Source of the DNA: an uncultured Bacteroidota bacterium
Lineage (GTDB): Bacteria; Bacteroidota; Bacteroidia; AKYH767-A; OLB10
Assembly: GCA_963814475.1 (NCBI GenBank)
Contig: CAWFDA010000046.1
Location: 666,940 to 730,939, forward strand
DNA: 64,000 nt
Direction of reading: 5' to 3'
Shown piece by piece: positions 10,329 to 22,256 of this stretch. How positions within the stretch are numbered: position 1 is the stretch's first letter; each line of letters opens with the position of its first letter. The notes under the pieces were generated by a model, which saw only the letters and a program-made list of their open reading frames with translations, was not told the origin of the DNA and did not search any database. A program made the translations under genes and the position numbers.

Positions 10329-11103
10329 ATGAAAAAAGCATTATTAACGATTGCTGTAATTATAGCCGGACTTTCGGTTCAAGCCCAAAATATTCGAGTT
10401 GGACTAACAGGAGGGCTAAATTCTACTTGGCTGATGAACAAAAATGTTTTTGATGCCAATGATGGACTTAGATATTGCAGCCTCTTTTGGTGGACGGTTT
10501 GGTTTTGAAGGGATTTATTCATTCAGCGAAAAAACAGGACTGTCACTTGGATTCAATTTTCTTTCTAGGAATAGTCAGAAATATTCTGGTGATTGAGCAC
10601 TGGGTTAGACGGCGTATTTGACGTAACGACAAATTGAATTATTTTGATATTCCTGTTTTATTTCGTTTAACTTCTTCAGGAGGAACTTATTTTGAAATTG
10701 GCCCTCAATTTGGATTTTTAACAAAAGCTGAGGAAAGATATGAAGGTCTCCGATAATGTTTGGCAGAGATTATTCAGACGTAGATGTCAAAAATGCATTT
10801 GAATCAACCAACATTGCATTGGTATTTGGATTTGGAGTTGATATTGATGTTACTGAGAGCATCTTTATTACTGCAGGATTACGTTTAGGTTATGGATTTA
10901 CTGATGTAACTAAAGAATATGAATCTAACCTTGACTTTTTTCAAGACAATCCTGAGTCAACAACTAATGACGCGATTTACCTTACTACTCAAGCTGCACA
11001 AATCGACGATAACGATGAAAGAAGTTACGAAAAAACCAGCCGTGTATTTGGTGGGTTGAACTTAGGAGTTTCTTACAAATTTGGTGGAACATCTCCCAAA
11101 TAA
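10329..11103 (+). pseudogene. Outer-membrane beta-barrel protein (PorT / OmpA-like porin family) interrupted by at least 3 frameshifts.
   Basis: Signal peptide MKKALLTIAVIIAGLSVQAQ at 10329. Beta-barrel-like segments continue in three different frames, with the last 115 aa in ORF 10756-11103. Confidence 0.55.
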
Positions 11104-11156
11104 TCTAATAAAAAATATTTAAAAAAGCTCTCCAAATATTGGGGGGCTTTTTTTAT

Positions 11157-13484
11157 TTAAAACGGATAACCTATTGCTATATTAAGCAACAAATTATCCT
11201 TTCTCCAACTACCACTACCTAATTTTATATCATCCAAAACCCATGTATCACCCGTGGATATCCAAGGCTTTTTGAAGGGTGTTGCCAGGTCCAGGCGAAG
11301 GACAAAAAAGTTGGCATCTAAACGAAGACCAAATCCACCACCTAAAGCTATTTGATTCAAAAAATCACTACTAATTTTACCTCCTGGAGTGGCAGGATTA
11401 TCTTCAAGTAACCAGATATTTCCACCATCAACAAAAAACGCTCCTCTGAACATTCCAACAATTTTATAACGATATTCTAAATTGGCTTCCATTTTTATGT
11501 CACCACCCTGATCATAGAAAGAAGTTTGTACATCTTCATTTCTGAATGTTCCAGGTCCTAAGGAGCGCACTCTAAATGCTCTTACACTTGAAGAACCACC
11601 ACTAAAAAACTGATTTACGTAAGGCAGGGTAATAGAATTTCCATAAGCAATTCCAATTCCGGAATAAAGTCTGGCGATTAATTGTGTAGTTTCTGATATG
11701 TTGTAATAATTGCGAAAATCAACTTCAAAACGTGCTAATTGCGCATACACCTCTCCAGCCAATCTATAAGGATTATCGGGATCAGGCTTTTCATTTTTAA
11801 TAACTCTATTTATTAATGAAAGAAAATTTCCATACAATTCCATTTTACCTTGAAAAAAAATCTGATTCTTTCTATTTGGTAAAAGCTGTTCATTGTAAGT
11901 AAAAATATAATTTAAGCCGGTAATAAATTGCTCTTCAAAACTTTTCTGAAGCAGCACATTATCTTCAAGCAAGGCATTGAACTCAGGACTTCTATTTGAA
12001 ATTCTTAAATAAGAAAGTACAATAGGATTAAATTCATGATCTTTCAGAAGCGTTTCTTTCCACTTATATCCATAAGTAAAAGCCATTGAATTCAAATTAA
12101 AATATCCGGTACGTTTCATATAATTATAGCCGGCTGCAATTTTTGTTTTTGGCAGAAAATATCCTGAGGGATTTTTAATATTAAAAGGCGTCACAAACCT
12201 TGGTATATACAATTCAACACCGGGTCCAAATTCAAATGAATTTAAACCCTTACTATCTTTTCCAACTTGAGTCTCAAAGGAGGCATGTATATTAGCAACA
12301 AATAATTCGGCACCTCTAAAAGTATTACGGTTCCGATAAGAAACCTTTATTCCAGGTCCTAAAAAGTTATTTGATTTAGATTTAATTTCCAGTTCTAACT
12401 GCGTACTCCTACGGGGTAACGGGGTAAGATTTATATAAGAAGAAAGATATCCAAAATTAGCTGAGTCAACTTCAGCAAAACGGACATTCACGAACTTAAA
12501 AGTCCCCATACCCATCAACTGACCAAGTGTAGCATTATGATCCTTACGGGAATAAATCTCGCCTTTATCGATAAATACAGAGCGCACAATTGGCCGTTTT
12601 CTGAAATCATCATTAATAGAGTAGTAATTAAATGGTCTCCCTGCAATGGTATCTTTCACATAAGGAACCGAATCGACACCAACACTATAGGCAGTATTGA
12701 TATAAACATCGTTAATACGATATACTAACAAAGCTTCATAAGGGGTTATCTCCTTAATTTTTAATCTGAGGTTTACTTTTCTCCGCCCTCCGGTAGTATC
12801 AGCTTCAAAAATTAAATAATCAGGGTTAAAATAATAAAATCCTTTAGTTTTAAGATGCTCATCGATTCGTACTTTTTCTTTTTGAACAGTTACCAAACTA
12901 TACATATCACCCTTATTGAGAAGTGATTTTTCAATTGATTCTCTTATGGCACTTAAAACGACGTGATTGCCTAGTGGAAAAATTACTGAATCAATAAGGT
13001 AAGGCTGAGTGAGAAACAATTTATAATTTACATGAACTTTATTTCCATTGTTTTTTAGATCAAAATTTGAATAAGAACCAAAATACCCATTGTTAAAGAG
13101 GTTTGCATCAATATGGTCTCTCACACCATTTGGATTGACATCAGAAAATAGGACAGGTCTTTCACCTAATTTATTTTTAACAAAATTTCGAAAACCCTTT
13201 TTCTTTTTTGATTCACCTGCAACATTATAAAACCATAATTTAATTTTCAAACCTAAAAACTTTTTATTAGGTTTTGGAAGTATCACATCTTCTGATTTTT
13301 TTACTATGGCTTTCTTACCTTTTACTTTTTTTCCAGATTCTACTTTAACGGAGGCACCGGTATACAAAATTTCACCATCTTTCAAATACTTTGTATTGCT
13401 ACAAGAAGTAAAAAATAAAGCAGCAAACAGCAGTCCAATTATAGACCATTTAAATTGACTGAATATGACTGTAATACTATTCAT
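11157..13484 (-). CDS. tamA: BamA/TamA-family (Omp85) outer membrane protein, the presumed partner of TamB.
   Basis: 775 aa with a signal peptide and a C-terminal beta-barrel ending ...IAIGYPF. It is immediately downstream of TamB on the same strand. Confidence 0.7.
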   Translation of the reverse strand: MNSITVIFSQFKWSIIGLLFAALFFTSCSNTKYLKDGEILYTGASVKVESGKKVKGKKAIVKKSEDVILPKPNKKFLGLKIKLWFYNVAGESKKKKGFRNFVKNKLGERPVLFSDVNPNGVRDHIDANLFNNGYFGSYSNFDLKNNGNKVHVNYKLFLTQPYLIDSVIFPLGNHVVLSAIRESIEKSLLNKGDMYSLVTVQKEKVRIDEHLKTKGFYYFNPDYLIFEADTTGGRRKVNLRLKIKEITPYEALLVYRINDVYINTAYSVGVDSVPYVKDTIAGRPFNYYSINDDFRKRPIVRSVFIDKGEIYSRKDHNATLGQLMGMGTFKFVNVRFAEVDSANFGYLSSYINLTPLPRRSTQLELEIKSKSNNFLGPGIKVSYRNRNTFRGAELFVANIHASFETQVGKDSKGLNSFEFGPGVELYIPRFVTPFNIKNPSGYFLPKTKIAAGYNYMKRTGYFNLNSMAFTYGYKWKETLLKDHEFNPIVLSYLRISNRSPEFNALLEDNVLLQKSFEEQFITGLNYIFTYNEQLLPNRKNQIFFQGKMELYGNFLSLINRVIKNEKPDPDNPYRLAGEVYAQLARFEVDFRNYYNISETTQLIARLYSGIGIAYGNSITLPYVNQFFSGGSSSVRAFRVRSLGPGTFRNEDVQTSFYDQGGDIKMEANLEYRYKIVGMFRGAFFVDGGNIWLLEDNPATPGGKISSDFLNQIALGGGFGLRLDANFFVLRLDLATPFKKPWISTGDTWVLDDIKLGSGSWRKDNLLLNIAIGYPF

Positions 13485-13495
13485 TTACATTAACA

Positions 13496-16400
13496 TTAAT
13501 TGAAGGGTTTTGATTTTTTAGGCTTTCGCATAAGTTGATTCCAGCTATCAAAATCACGAGTATAAACCAAACCTATACCGGCTTCGACAACTTGTCCATC
13601 CAAAATTCCTTCATATTGATCTTTACGAAAAACACTTAACCGGTAACGACCATCTTCGGTTAACAAATACTCCAACACTACATCACCCGCCAGGTTGCTT
13701 GCATCATTTTGTTGTGTTCGTTCACCTTCCACATCCACATTACCTGAAACTTCCACAATTAAACGATTTTTCAAAAACCGTTTCTTAACTCCTACATTCA
13801 CTTCAGTTCTTCCCTCAACACCTTCTGCAGTATATTCTTCATATGACTGAACATCAAAATTTAATTCAACACCTTTAATAAACTGTTCGGCAAAACTATT
13901 TAATTGTTGGCTAAGAAATTTACTAACGCTATTACGAGCAACATATTCCAATCCACCACCTGAAGAGTTATCAAAGGGGTTAGCCTGAACAAACCGATTG
14001 AGAACAAGCAATGCAAAAACCTGTTTATTTAGTTCAGAGGGATCTTGATTTAGGAGGGTAAGCTTTGCATAAACAGTTCCGTTCAATACGCCTTGATCTT
14101 CGGGGGGCAAAGTAATTTCGAAACTAATATCAGGCTTAATTAGTTCCCCTCTCATGTGAAGAATTACCTGAAAAGGAAGCCGTTGTCGATATGCATTAAT
14201 TTGAGCTTCCGACAAACCGGCCACTTGATCAGCAACCAATTCAAGAGGAACTGCATTTACAACGTTCACCGCGTCAATATTAATTTCAGCATCCATGATA
14301 TCACCTCTCCAATTGATGGTGCTTCCTTTAGTAATAGCAAAATTCTTTTTAACCAAATTCTGAAGAGAAACTCTATAACTTCCTTCACTAATTTCAAAAC
14401 CACCTGTCAAGCTAGTTTTTCCACTTGGATCAATTGAGAAACTCATGGTAGCATTGCCTTTAATTACAAGCGAATCACCTGATTCACGGTCAACGAGTAT
14501 ACGAAGAGTAGTTTCTTTACTAATTTCTATGTTTGAAGAAATATCAAAACCTTTAATCTCGGTTTTAAAAGTATCGGCAACAGCATCTCGTTTCATAATA
14601 GAATTAACTCGATTATAAGGATCAGTAAATTGCACATCCTCCTCCCCTCTTTCTGTTGTAGTTGTTTGTTCAGGAACTATAAAAGTAAAGGACGAACCTT
14701 CCATCATTTTAACATTAGAAGTAATTACAGGCATTGCTTTATTACCTCTAATTTTAATGTCGCTACTTATGTAAACAGTTCCAAAAAATAAGTCATTATC
14801 AACTTGATGAGTGTTCATTGCGAGAAATCTGTCAGTTTTTAAATCAATCAAAAATTCAGGATTACTATAGTCCTTCATGCGCACACCACCAGTTAAAATA
14901 GCAGTATGATTAAGAGTATCGGAAATGGTAAAAGATTCAAAATACAAAACCCGATCTTTAAATTTCAAACTCTCCTCCTTCAGTATAAAATAATTATCTA
15001 AATAGGTAACATTAAATCCGGCATTTTTAAAAGCAATATCACCTGACAAATTGGGTTCGCTAATTAAACCATCAATTTTAAACTTTCCGTTAAGTGTGCC
15101 CTTAGATCGTGTAATTTGTCCGCCTGTAAATGGCTCCAAACTTAAAATATTCAATTTTTCTATATCTATATCGGCATCAACTCTTCCACCGGTTGAATCG
15201 GCATCGAAAGAACCTTTCAAAATAAGATTATTCCCATTACCTGACATTTTCAAATCAACCAAATACTTCGATTTCCCCTGAGATTTTGCATCCAACACAA
15301 AATCACCAACAGGTATTCCTTTAAATATAAATTTATCCAATTGAACATTCGCTACTAAACCTTGCCCTTCAGCTTCTCTAATCAAATCAAATTCACCATT
15401 CAGTGTACCGCCAAACAAGGAAGTGTCTCTATCTAAAATATCAGAAATAACATTCAAATTAAAATCATTGAAAACCACCCCTACTCCTTTGTCGGTAGAC
15501 TTTGTAGGTTTGTCAATTCTAATAAATTGATTTTTATTAGATAATGAAATGTTTTTAAATTCCTTATTGGAAGCTCCCAACAAAACGAAATTATCTTCAG
15601 GAACAATCCATTGCTGCCCATTTAAAATTACTTTATTTTGTAAGATAGAAATTTTATAATCTCCAAAATTATTTCCATGAGTTAAAAGTGCTTGCATCTT
15701 CAACTTTTCCAATCCTTCATTAAGAATTAAAACACCTAAAGTGATTTGGTTGTTTGAAGCAGTGGCCACAAAATCAGTTCTTGCCAGCTCAATTTCACCG
15801 ATTGATAGTCTTGTGAAGCTGGTATGGAAATTCAATTTTTCAATATCGGAATCCACTTTCACACTCAAACTATCTACTCTAATTCCATTATAAATAACTT
15901 GTGGAAATTGAATCTGTAAATCAAGCAAAGATTGCGCGCTGTTAAAGGTACCGGTGATAGGTCCGGGAATAAAGGACTCAAGGCCGGGAACAAAGACCTC
16001 AGAAATAACCGGTGCATTTCGAACCTCAATCAAAAAATTAAAATTTTGATTGAGAGTATCTTTAGGAGCCGCAACAGAATCTGTTGAAAAATACTGTCCA
16101 ACAAAATTACTCAACTGCTGAGCTGTTTTATCTATTGAAACTGATCCGTCAAATTTGGCCATCAGCAATGAACTTTCCATCGAGATCGACTTTTTACCAC
16201 CTTCATTGATATTAATAACAGCTAAAGATTCAATAGGATAATTTCGACCTTTTTTCACAATTAAAACATCTTTAATATCAATATTACCTATCAAATTATC
16301 TAAATTATTACCATGCAAATTGATCATACCGGTACCACTAGCTCTTAATTCATCATTGGTGAAACCTAAGGCTTGAAAATCTATACCTTTAAGATTAATT

Positions 16401-18472
16401 TCTGCTTTATAAAACTCCTTTTCTTTTATCAAACCTAATGCGGCTTCCAAAACTAATTGAACATTTTTATCTTCAATTTCACATTTAGTTGTAACAATTC
16501 CATTGTTGAGATTGCCGGTAAAATGGATATTGTTATAGCTATACCCATTAACTGAAATTGAATCCGAATTCAAACTATAAATAGCAGTCATCGTTTTAGA
16601 ATCAAACCCTTCACCGGAAATATTTGCACCAATATTTAAGTTTCCTAGATTTTCATTTTTAAGAATGAAACCTAAATCAAAATCATCAATTTTAGCAGAC
16701 AATTTATAACCCGGATTTTGAGAATCCATGTTATAAAAACTCCCTAGTGCTATAACTCTACCTCTATTAGTACCTGCATAAAGTTTATATTCAAAAGATG
16801 ATGGAGAACCTTTAAAACTTCCTGACAAAGCAATATTTTCAGGAATGGAAATTGTTTCAGGTAAAGTAATAAACGAATTAATATCTGAAGATGTAGTGGT
16901 TATCCGATTTGCAGTTAAATCCAAGAAAAGTTTGTCACTATCCGGAAGTCCAATTACATTTCCTTCAATATTTAAAGAAGTTGAATTGCCGGTTTGCAAA
17001 GTAAAATCTTTTATATTCAAGTTGTCGATAGTTCCATCTGCCATCACATTAATCACATTTTTGCGATAGCGATTTTTACTTATGATTTCTTGATCCAGCA
17101 AATCATTTTTGAACATCACTAAATCATTTAGGCAAAATACAGTATTCGTCAATTGAAGTTTCATTATAGCTTTCCCGGGTTCTTCAATAAATTTTTGAAG
17201 ACTTTGATATCTAACCAACATATTACCATTTACCTCACTGTTTCCGGTTTTCAATTCCAGATTTGTTATTGAAGTTGAGACAGGTGAAATTTTAAAATCA
17301 CCTTTAAACTTCCGGATCGCCAATCCTGATCGATCAGAAACTTTTGTATCAACAATTGATAAACCGGCATTTCCACTATTATGGTAAATTTCGTTAACCT
17401 CAAATTTGGATATGACCAGACTTAAGTTTGCAGGATTAAATTCAGGTTTGGAAAGTGTATCAATACCTGTAACAACAAAAAGTGAATTTATAATATCCAA
17501 TTTTTTAACATCAATTTGAAAAGGAATTTTGATATCGGTAGTTTTAGAGGTATCATTTTCCTTAGCATATTTGTCGAAAATCTGTTTGCGATCGAACATC
17601 ATAAAAGATGATTTATCCAATTTAATTTTATTTGCACTAATTACATTTGTTTTCAAATTACAAAGGACATCAGTAATTTCAAAGTCACCGGATTTCAAAA
17701 ACATACCTGTAGAGTCTACTGTACTCAACATATGAAATGAAGTATTGGAAATAGCCAATTTATTAGCTGTAAATTCGGGTAAATTTCCTGTTGGAACGGA
17801 GGTGTCGGCATCGGATGAAAATAATTGAATGAATTCCATTCGACTGTTATTTATCTTTATATCACCTGCATTAAATCGAAGACTGTCTAAATCCATATCA
17901 TTCACTGGCAATACCACTTCACCAATATAAGTTTTGAGATTCATTCCTGACACATCATCCTTAAAGGAAAACCGAACGTTCACCAACTCAATTTCATCAA
18001 CGGAAATTTTCATTGGATTATTGACAGTGTCAACTGCGACAGTTGTATCTTTTGAAGCAAAAGCCGTAATTAAAAAATTGAAATTAAAAGTTGAGTCTAT
18101 ATTGTTACGATTAAGGTTGGCAGTAACATCTGTTAAATTCACATCACCTAACGAAATATTTCCTCCTATTAAACCCCACAACCCAATTCCTGTTCTTATT
18201 TCTTTGGCATATAAAAGTGTATCTTTATTAAGGTCATCCAAAAATATTTCATTTATAATTACTGTAGAAGGAAATCCGATGTAGATATTTCCAATTGTTA
18301 CTTTGGTTCCTGTTTTATTGGAAACAAATGAAACAACTTTATCTATTGCAAAATTCTGTACTGAAGGCAGTCGAATTAAAAGCAATAATATAATAAAAAT
18401 TGCGAGGACAGAAATCACTACCCAGACAAAAAATTTTAAGATTCTCTTTAAAAGTTGTGAATTTTCAGCCAC
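13496..18472 (-). CDS. tamB: Translocation and assembly module protein TamB (AsmA-like/DUF490 giant envelope protein).
   Basis: 1658 aa with a single N-terminal TM segment, a long beta-rich N/S/T-rich body and a DUF490-like C-terminus. Confidence 0.8.
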   Translation of the reverse strand: MAENSQLLKRILKFFVWVVISVLAIFIILLLLIRLPSVQNFAIDKVVSFVSNKTGTKVTIGNIYIGFPSTVIINEIFLDDLNKDTLLYAKEIRTGIGLWGLIGGNISLGDVNLTDVTANLNRNNIDSTFNFNFLITAFASKDTTVAVDTVNNPMKISVDEIELVNVRFSFKDDVSGMNLKTYIGEVVLPVNDMDLDSLRFNAGDIKINNSRMEFIQLFSSDADTSVPTGNLPEFTANKLAISNTSFHMLSTVDSTGMFLKSGDFEITDVLCNLKTNVISANKIKLDKSSFMMFDRKQIFDKYAKENDTSKTTDIKIPFQIDVKKLDIINSLFVVTGIDTLSKPEFNPANLSLVISKFEVNEIYHNSGNAGLSIVDTKVSDRSGLAIRKFKGDFKISPVSTSITNLELKTGNSEVNGNMLVRYQSLQKFIEEPGKAIMKLQLTNTVFCLNDLVMFKNDLLDQEIISKNRYRKNVINVMADGTIDNLNIKDFTLQTGNSTSLNIEGNVIGLPDSDKLFLDLTANRITTTSSDINSFITLPETISIPENIALSGSFKGSPSSFEYKLYAGTNRGRVIALGSFYNMDSQNPGYKLSAKIDDFDLGFILKNENLGNLNIGANISGEGFDSKTMTAIYSLNSDSISVNGYSYNNIHFTGNLNNGIVTTKCEIEDKNVQLVLEAALGLIKEKEFYKAEINLKGIDFQALGFTNDELRASGTGMINLHGNNLDNLIGNIDIKDVLIVKKGRNYPIESLAVININEGGKKSISMESSLLMAKFDGSVSIDKTAQQLSNFVGQYFSTDSVAAPKDTLNQNFNFLIEVRNAPVISEVFVPGLESFIPGPITGTFNSAQSLLDLQIQFPQVIYNGIRVDSLSVKVDSDIEKLNFHTSFTRLSIGEIELARTDFVATASNNQITLGVLILNEGLEKLKMQALLTHGNNFGDYKISILQNKVILNGQQWIVPEDNFVLLGASNKEFKNISLSNKNQFIRIDKPTKSTDKGVGVVFNDFNLNVISDILDRDTSLFGGTLNGEFDLIREAEGQGLVANVQLDKFIFKGIPVGDFVLDAKSQGKSKYLVDLKMSGNGNNLILKGSFDADSTGGRVDADIDIEKLNILSLEPFTGGQITRSKGTLNGKFKIDGLISEPNLSGDIAFKNAGFNVTYLDNYFILKEESLKFKDRVLYFESFTISDTLNHTAILTGGVRMKDYSNPEFLIDLKTDRFLAMNTHQVDNDLFFGTVYISSDIKIRGNKAMPVITSNVKMMEGSSFTFIVPEQTTTTERGEEDVQFTDPYNRVNSIMKRDAVADTFKTEIKGFDISSNIEISKETTLRILVDRESGDSLVIKGNATMSFSIDPSGKTSLTGGFEISEGSYRVSLQNLVKKNFAITKGSTINWRGDIMDAEINIDAVNVVNAVPLELVADQVAGLSEAQINAYRQRLPFQVILHMRGELIKPDISFEITLPPEDQGVLNGTVYAKLTLLNQDPSELNKQVFALLVLNRFVQANPFDNSSGGGLEYVARNSVSKFLSQQLNSFAEQFIKGVELNFDVQSYEEYTAEGVEGRTEVNVGVKKRFLKNRLIVEVSGNVDVEGERTQQNDASNLAGDVVLEYLLTEDGRYRLSVFRKDQYEGILDGQVVEAGIGLVYTRDFDSWNQLMRKPKKSKPFN

Positions 18473-18817
18473 TCCCGGTTATTGCATGTTTTTATTACTA
18501 AATTTGAATTTAATAACAGAATTTGAATTTAAACATTTCACTGTAAAAGAATAAAGTTAGATTTGACCTTAACATCAAATCAATTCCAATAATTTAGAAA
18601 CTTAATATTCTCACAATCATTCATGTAATCAATCAAACGATTCAACTATGATGCCAATAAAAGCTTCCATCTACTTTTAAGTTAGTTAGTTTTATGAAAT
18701 CAAAAATCATTCATATGGATCTCATCACAAAGGTGGCATATTGTTTGACAATATTCATTGAATGACGACAAAAATTGTCGATTTACAAATTACATCATTA
18801 AATCTATAAAAGTTATG

Positions 18818-19171
18818 AAATCACAAAAGATAGGAATCCTCATATTATCAGTAGTTATGATTGGATTAATGGGTATTTCAACAAAATCGCTAAGTCAAAA
18901 CGACTTATTATCAGAGTATGAACAGAAATTAACCTCCATAGAAAAGCAATTTGCTACCTTTAAGCAACAAATTGACCCTACTAAAATGTCGACCATGGAT
19001 GTTAAGATGAAAGTAGGTAATTTTGAAAACAATAGGAATAGTTTAAAGGCCAAATTAAAGGAACTTAGAAAATCTTCAGCTACGTTATCTGAAACAGATA
19101 AAGGCGATTTGGATAAGAGATTTGATGACCTAACGACCGAATTTGAGCAATTGAAAAAATTTACGGATTAA
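18818..19171 (+). CDS. Hypothetical secreted coiled-coil protein.
   Basis: Signal peptide (MKSQKIGILILSVVMIGLMG), then K/E-rich heptad-like sequence. An alternative upstream start is at 18758. Confidence 0.45.
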   Translation, partial: KSQKIGILILSVVMIGLMGISTKSLSQNDLLSEYEQKLTSIEKQFATFKQQIDPTKMSTMDVKMKVGNFENNRNSLKAKLKELRKSSATLSETDKGDLDKRFDDLTTEFEQLKKFTD

Positions 19172-19280
19172 GGAAATAATTCCCCAATGTGGGTAAAGTA
19201 ATCTCAAAAGAAAACTTTTCATTTATAAAAAATTAAAAGAGATATATCTCCCATTAAAAAAAACAAATTTGCTCCAACAA

Positions 19281-19312
19281 AAAAGTCTCGGAAAAACCGA
19301 GACTTTTTTGTA
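19281..19312. terminator. Bidirectional rho-independent terminator.
   Basis: AAAAAGTCTCGG-AAAAACC-GAGACTTTTTT, a perfect 8 bp stem flanked by A- and T-runs between convergent genes. Confidence 0.75.
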
Positions 19313-19327
19313 TACAATATAATTTAT

Positions 19328-20212
19328 CTATGAAACAGAAACTTTTCCAAGCACCTTTGCCATAGTTTGACCAATGATTGCCGGAGAATCCACTACAGTA
19401 ATTCCACATTCACGCATAATTTGCATTTTAGCTGCTGCAGTATCTTCCACACCACCAACAATAGCACCGGCATGGCCCATACGACGTCCGGGAGGAGCAG
19501 TTTGTCCTGCGATAAAACCAACAACAGGTTTACGATTATTATCTTTAATCCATCGTGCAGCATCCGCTTCCAAGCTTCCACCAATTTCACCAATCATGAT
19601 GATACCTTCTGTCTCGGGATCATCCATAAAAAGCTGAACGGCTTCGAGAGTGGTTGTTCCAATGATGGGATCACCACCAATTCCTATGGCGGTAGATACT
19701 CCAAGTCCTGCTTTCACAACTTGATCGGCAGCTTCATAAGTTAAAGTTCCCGACTTAGAAACGATTCCAATTTTTCCTTTTTTGAAAACAAAACCGGGCA
19801 TGATACCTACTTTTGCTTCATTAGGAGTAATTACACCGGGACAATTAGGGCCAATTAAGCGTGTTTTACGACTTTTCAGATACTCCTTCACCATAATCAT
19901 GTCTTTGGTAGGAATTCCTTCAGTAATACACACAACAAGACCTATTCCGGCCTCTGCAGCTTCCATAATCGCATCAGCAGCGAACGGAGGAGGAACAAAG
20001 ATAATAGAAACATTGGCGCCTGCTTTTTGAACGGCTTCGGAAACGGTATTAAAAACAGGTTTATCGAGATGGGTTGTACCACCTTTTCCGGGAGTCACCC
20101 CTCCTATTACATTGGTTCCATACTCAATCATTTGAGTAGCGTGAAAGGTACCTTCGTTTCCGGTAAAACCTTGGACAACGATTTTAGAATTTTTGTTGAC
20201 TAATACGCTCAT
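19328..20212 (-). CDS. sucD: Succinate--CoA ligase alpha subunit.
   Basis: 294 aa with the CoA-binding N-terminus and the phospho-His loop ...GHAGAIV.... Confidence 0.9.
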   Translation of the reverse strand: MSVLVNKNSKIVVQGFTGNEGTFHATQMIEYGTNVIGGVTPGKGGTTHLDKPVFNTVSEAVQKAGANVSIIFVPPPFAADAIMEAAEAGIGLVVCITEGIPTKDMIMVKEYLKSRKTRLIGPNCPGVITPNEAKVGIMPGFVFKKGKIGIVSKSGTLTYEAADQVVKAGLGVSTAIGIGGDPIIGTTTLEAVQLFMDDPETEGIIMIGEIGGSLEADAARWIKDNNRKPVVGFIAGQTAPPGRRMGHAGAIVGGVEDTAAAKMQIMRECGITVVDSPAIIGQTMAKVLGKVSVS

Positions 20213-20440
20213 AGCGGGATTTTAGACTTTTGAATGATAGATGATGCAATTTGAAAGCTTGTTGAACCAAGCTTTAGTTGTTGTATTTTATTGGATTAAG
20301 TAATTGATATTTAATCATTTACTTATTTTCACACATTAACTTGCGGCAAAGTTAGGATATTTGATGAAAAAGAAGCGATAAAAATGTAATTGCTTTGATT
20401 TTCGGGATATTGGGTGGGATGCGGTAACTTTGCGGATCAC

Positions 20441-21778
20441 ATGCAAAGAGCAAAACAAGGAACCACCATTACTGCCATCGCAACACCTCCCGGGATGGGC
20501 GCAATTGCGGTGATACGAATTTCCGGTCCGGAAGCATTTAGAATTATTGATTTAGTTTTTCATTCCAAAGGGAAAAAGCCAAGCGAAAGTTTAACTCATT
20601 CTGCCTTGTTTGGAATTATTAAAGATGAACAGAAAGTAATTGATGAAGTACTAATCACAATTTTTCGCGGACCAAAGTCGTTCACCGGTGAAGATACCAT
20701 TGAAATTTCCTGTCATGGTTCCACTTTTATACAAAAAGAAATTCTTCAACTTCTAATCAAAAGTGGTGCTACACCGGCCCAACCCGGTGAATTTACCATG
20801 CGTGCATTTTTAAATAGAAAAATGGATCTTGTTCAAGCAGAAGCAGTAGGTGATTTAATAGCTGCTGATTCGGCATCATCACACCGAGTGGCGTTGAAAC
20901 AAATGCGAGGAGGATTCTCTAAGGAAATTCAGCTATTGAGAGAACGGTTAATTCACTTTGCATCATTGTTGGAGTTGGAACTCGATTTCTCGGAAGAAGA
21001 CGTAGAATTTGCCGATCGTTCACAATTGATTTCATTAATAAAAGAAACCATTGAACACACAAAAAAATTATCGGCTTCGTTTGAAACGGGAAATGTGATA
21101 AAGAGGGGAATTCCTGTTGCTATTGCAGGCAAACCAAATGTTGGCAAATCAACTTTGTTGAATTTAATTTTGAATGAAGACAGAGCTATTGTGAGTGACA
21201 TTGCCGGCACCACACGCGATACCATTGAGGAAGAGATAAACCTTGGCGGGATGAAGTTCCGGTTTATTGATACCGCGGGAATACGAAAGTCAGATGATTT
21301 AGTGGAACAAATTGGTGTTGAAAAAACATTGGAGAAAATAAAAGAAGCTTCAGTAATAATTTACTTATTCGATCCAGGTGAAACGGGTCCCGATGATTTA
21401 CAGGAAATACTGAATAAAATTATTGAATCACGTTCGGGTGAAAAATATGTTTTGATACCGGTTGCAAATAAATCGGATCGTTATAACGGATCCTATTTGC
21501 AGGATCTTTTTTCCACAGTTCCTGATGTTGTTTTCATATCGGCAAAAGAACATTCGGGAATCAACGAACTTTTTACGAGAATCACCTCCGTCATCACCGA
21601 AAGTAAAATCGATTCGGGAGACATCATCTTAACCAATGCACGCCACAAAGTATCTATTGATAAAACAACCACTGCATTGGAAAATTCTCTCGATGGTTTA
21701 TCGTCGGGGTTAGCAACAGATTTAATTGCAATTGAAATACGTTCTTCGCTAATGTACTTGGTGAAATCACTGGACTGA
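20441..21778 (+). CDS. mnmE: tRNA modification GTPase MnmE (TrmE).
   Basis: [18 protein letters not shown]-terminal domain and the [13 protein letters not shown]1 motif. The ORF may start at a GTG at 20414. Confidence 0.85.
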   Translation: MQRAKQGTTITAIATPPGMGAIAVIRISGPEAFRIIDLVFHSKGKKPSESLTHSALFGIIKDEQKVIDEVLITIFRGPKSFTGEDTIEISCHGSTFIQKEILQLLIKSGATPAQPGEFTMRAFLNRKMDLVQAEAVGDLIAADSASSHRVALKQMRGGFSKEIQLLRERLIHFASLLELELDFSEEDVEFADRSQLISLIKETIEHTKKLSASFETGNVIKRGIPVAIAGKPNVGKSTLLNLILNEDRAIVSDIAGTTRDTIEEEINLGGMKFRFIDTAGIRKSDDLVEQIGVEKTLEKIKEASVIIYLFDPGETGPDDLQEILNKIIESRSGEKYVLIPVANKSDRYNGSYLQDLFSTVPDVVFISAKEHSGINELFTRITSVITESKIDSGDIILTNARHKVSIDKTTTALENSLDGLSSGLATDLIAIEIRSSLMYLVKSLD

Positions 21779-22256
21779 TTACAACGGATGATTTGTTGGA
21801 GAATATATTTAGTAAGTTTTGTATTGGAAAGTAATTCTTCAGAAGTTCATCAATCTGATCATTCAAGGTATTCATTTCCGGTAAGAGAAATAAAGGGAGT
21901 ACGATCATTTCCTGTTTCAACACAAGACTTTTCATCAATAAAAACACATCAAATCATTATTAATCATCAATTTACCCTAAATACTTGGTAAAGCTATAAC
22001 TTTACTTTATGGGCAAGAAATCACTTCAATTGCAACAGCTCAACAGCAAAATTTTAAGCTATGCCACGGAAAAGCATACCTCAAAGCCGTTAAAATGCCG
22101 TCAATAATTTTAATGTGGAATATAATATTTAGTTAACTTTTATTTATATTTAAATACACTAAATTAATTGGTATTTTCGTTGTGATAAACTAATTGAGCT
22201 GAAAAAGGTGATAATAATCATTGCTTCCATAACAATTGAATTAAATATTACCAAGC

